From: an uncultured Gammaproteobacteria bacterium
GTDB lineage: Bacteria > Patescibacteriota > Microgenomatia > Daviesbacterales > UBA10151
DNA: 5,114 bases
Reading direction: 5' to 3'
NCBI GenBank assembly: GCA_964522265.1
Contig: CAZFVS010000046.1
Location: 2,350-7,463 of the forward strand
The position numbers and the translations under genes were made by a program. The notes under the pieces are model-generated. The model was given only the letters and a program-made list of their open reading frames with translations, searched no databases and was not told the DNA's origin. Below, in pieces: positions 4,705 through 5,114 of the stretch; position 1 is the stretch's first letter, and each line of letters opens with the position of its first letter.

Positions 4705-5114
4705 ATGTTTGATAAGCTTCTTTACCTGACGGTGTTTATTACTCCGCTTCTGACGCCTGCGTTTGGGTTGGGTTACGAACAGATTAAGGTTTTAGGATTT
4801 TATGTTTTGGTTTCCCTGGCAGCCCTAACCTGGATTATCCAAAAACCGGATCTCAGAAAACTTCCGGGTACTTTTACAGCTGCAGCTTTGTTTCTATCTG
4901 TGCTTTTGGTGTCCTCTTTTTTTTCTCTCGACCCTAAAACAAGTTTTTTTGGAGCGTATCCATATTCGCAAGGATTTCTCCTATATGCATTTCTGTTTTT
5001 ATTCGCTCTGCTGGTTTGGTATTCAAAAGTTCAATCTGAAAAAGTGTATGTTATCTTAAGTATTGCCGCAGCATTTGTGGCTGCCTTAGCAATAAAAGAT
5101 TTTTTGGCCGTAAA
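4705..5114 (+). CDS. Polytopic integral membrane protein, N-terminal fragment (runs off window); possibly O-antigen-ligase/Wzy_C-like
   Basis: Hand translation from ATG 4705 is open for 136 codons to the window end: MFDKLLYLTVFITPLLTPAFGLGYEQIKVLGFYVLVSLAALTWIIQKPDLRKLPGTFTAAALFLSVLLVSSFFSLDPKTSFFGAYPYSQGFLLYAFLFLFALLVWYSKVQSEKVYVILSIAAAFVAALAIKDFLAV. An in-frame TAG at 4672-4674 makes 4705 the first possible start. An SD-like AAGGTGG ends 6 nt upstream. There are about 5 hydrophobic helices. The S.DP.TS.fG.Y...qG motif after helix 3 resembles, from memory, the N-terminal region of proteins annotated as O-antigen ligase family in CPR genomes; this functional call is low confidence. Confidence 0.7.
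   Translation, partial: MFDKLLYLTVFITPLLTPAFGLGYEQIKVLGFYVLVSLAALTWIIQKPDLRKLPGTFTAAALFLSVLLVSSFFSLDPKTSFFGAYPYSQGFLLYAFLFLFALLVWYSKVQSEKVYVILSIAAAFVAALAIKDFLAV

Noticed and set aside
1-5114. CRISPR arrays, IS elements or transposases, integrases, rRNA or tRNA genes.
   Set aside because: No regularly spaced direct repeats, no terminal inverted repeats flanking an ORF, no recombinase-like ORF and no RNA-gene signatures were seen on either strand.

Overview
No database search was possible, so every call rests on reading the sequence and ORF track by hand. The window holds five genes and no RNA gene, CRISPR array or mobile element. On the minus strand, three tightly packed genes look like one operon. 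They are a Sec-secreted protein (2614..3429, ORF track to 3477), an 83-aa anchored mini-protein (2366..2617, ATGA overlap with the upstream gene) and a 772-aa cysteine-rich modular surface protein (36..2354, 11-nt gap). Diverging from it on the plus strand is a 356-aa cysteine-rich anchored protein (3515..4585). After a structured 119-nt spacer comes the 5' part of a polytopic membrane protein that runs off the window (4705..5114, absent from the ORF track because it has no stop). None of the four complete proteins matches a characterised family I recognise. Three of them share a short prepilin-like leader, Q-[KS]-G-F plus a hydrophobic helix, without Glu5. From memory this N-terminus is common in Candidate Phyla Radiation (Patescibacteria/Microgenomates-like) genomes; that origin is an inference only. 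Points worth a second look: (1) back-to-back consensus promoters lie 7-8 nt from both divergent start codons, suggesting leaderless mRNAs; (2) an unassigned ~200-aa C-terminal domain is shared by the 772-aa and 287-aa proteins; (3) the 772-aa protein contains internal tandem Cys modules; (4) a triple CCTGGAAGG repeat forms mutually exclusive hairpins over the only strong Shine-Dalgarno (SD) in the window; (5) a possible Wzy_C/O-antigen-ligase-like gene sits next to pilin-like proteins with Pro/Thr/Ser linkers.
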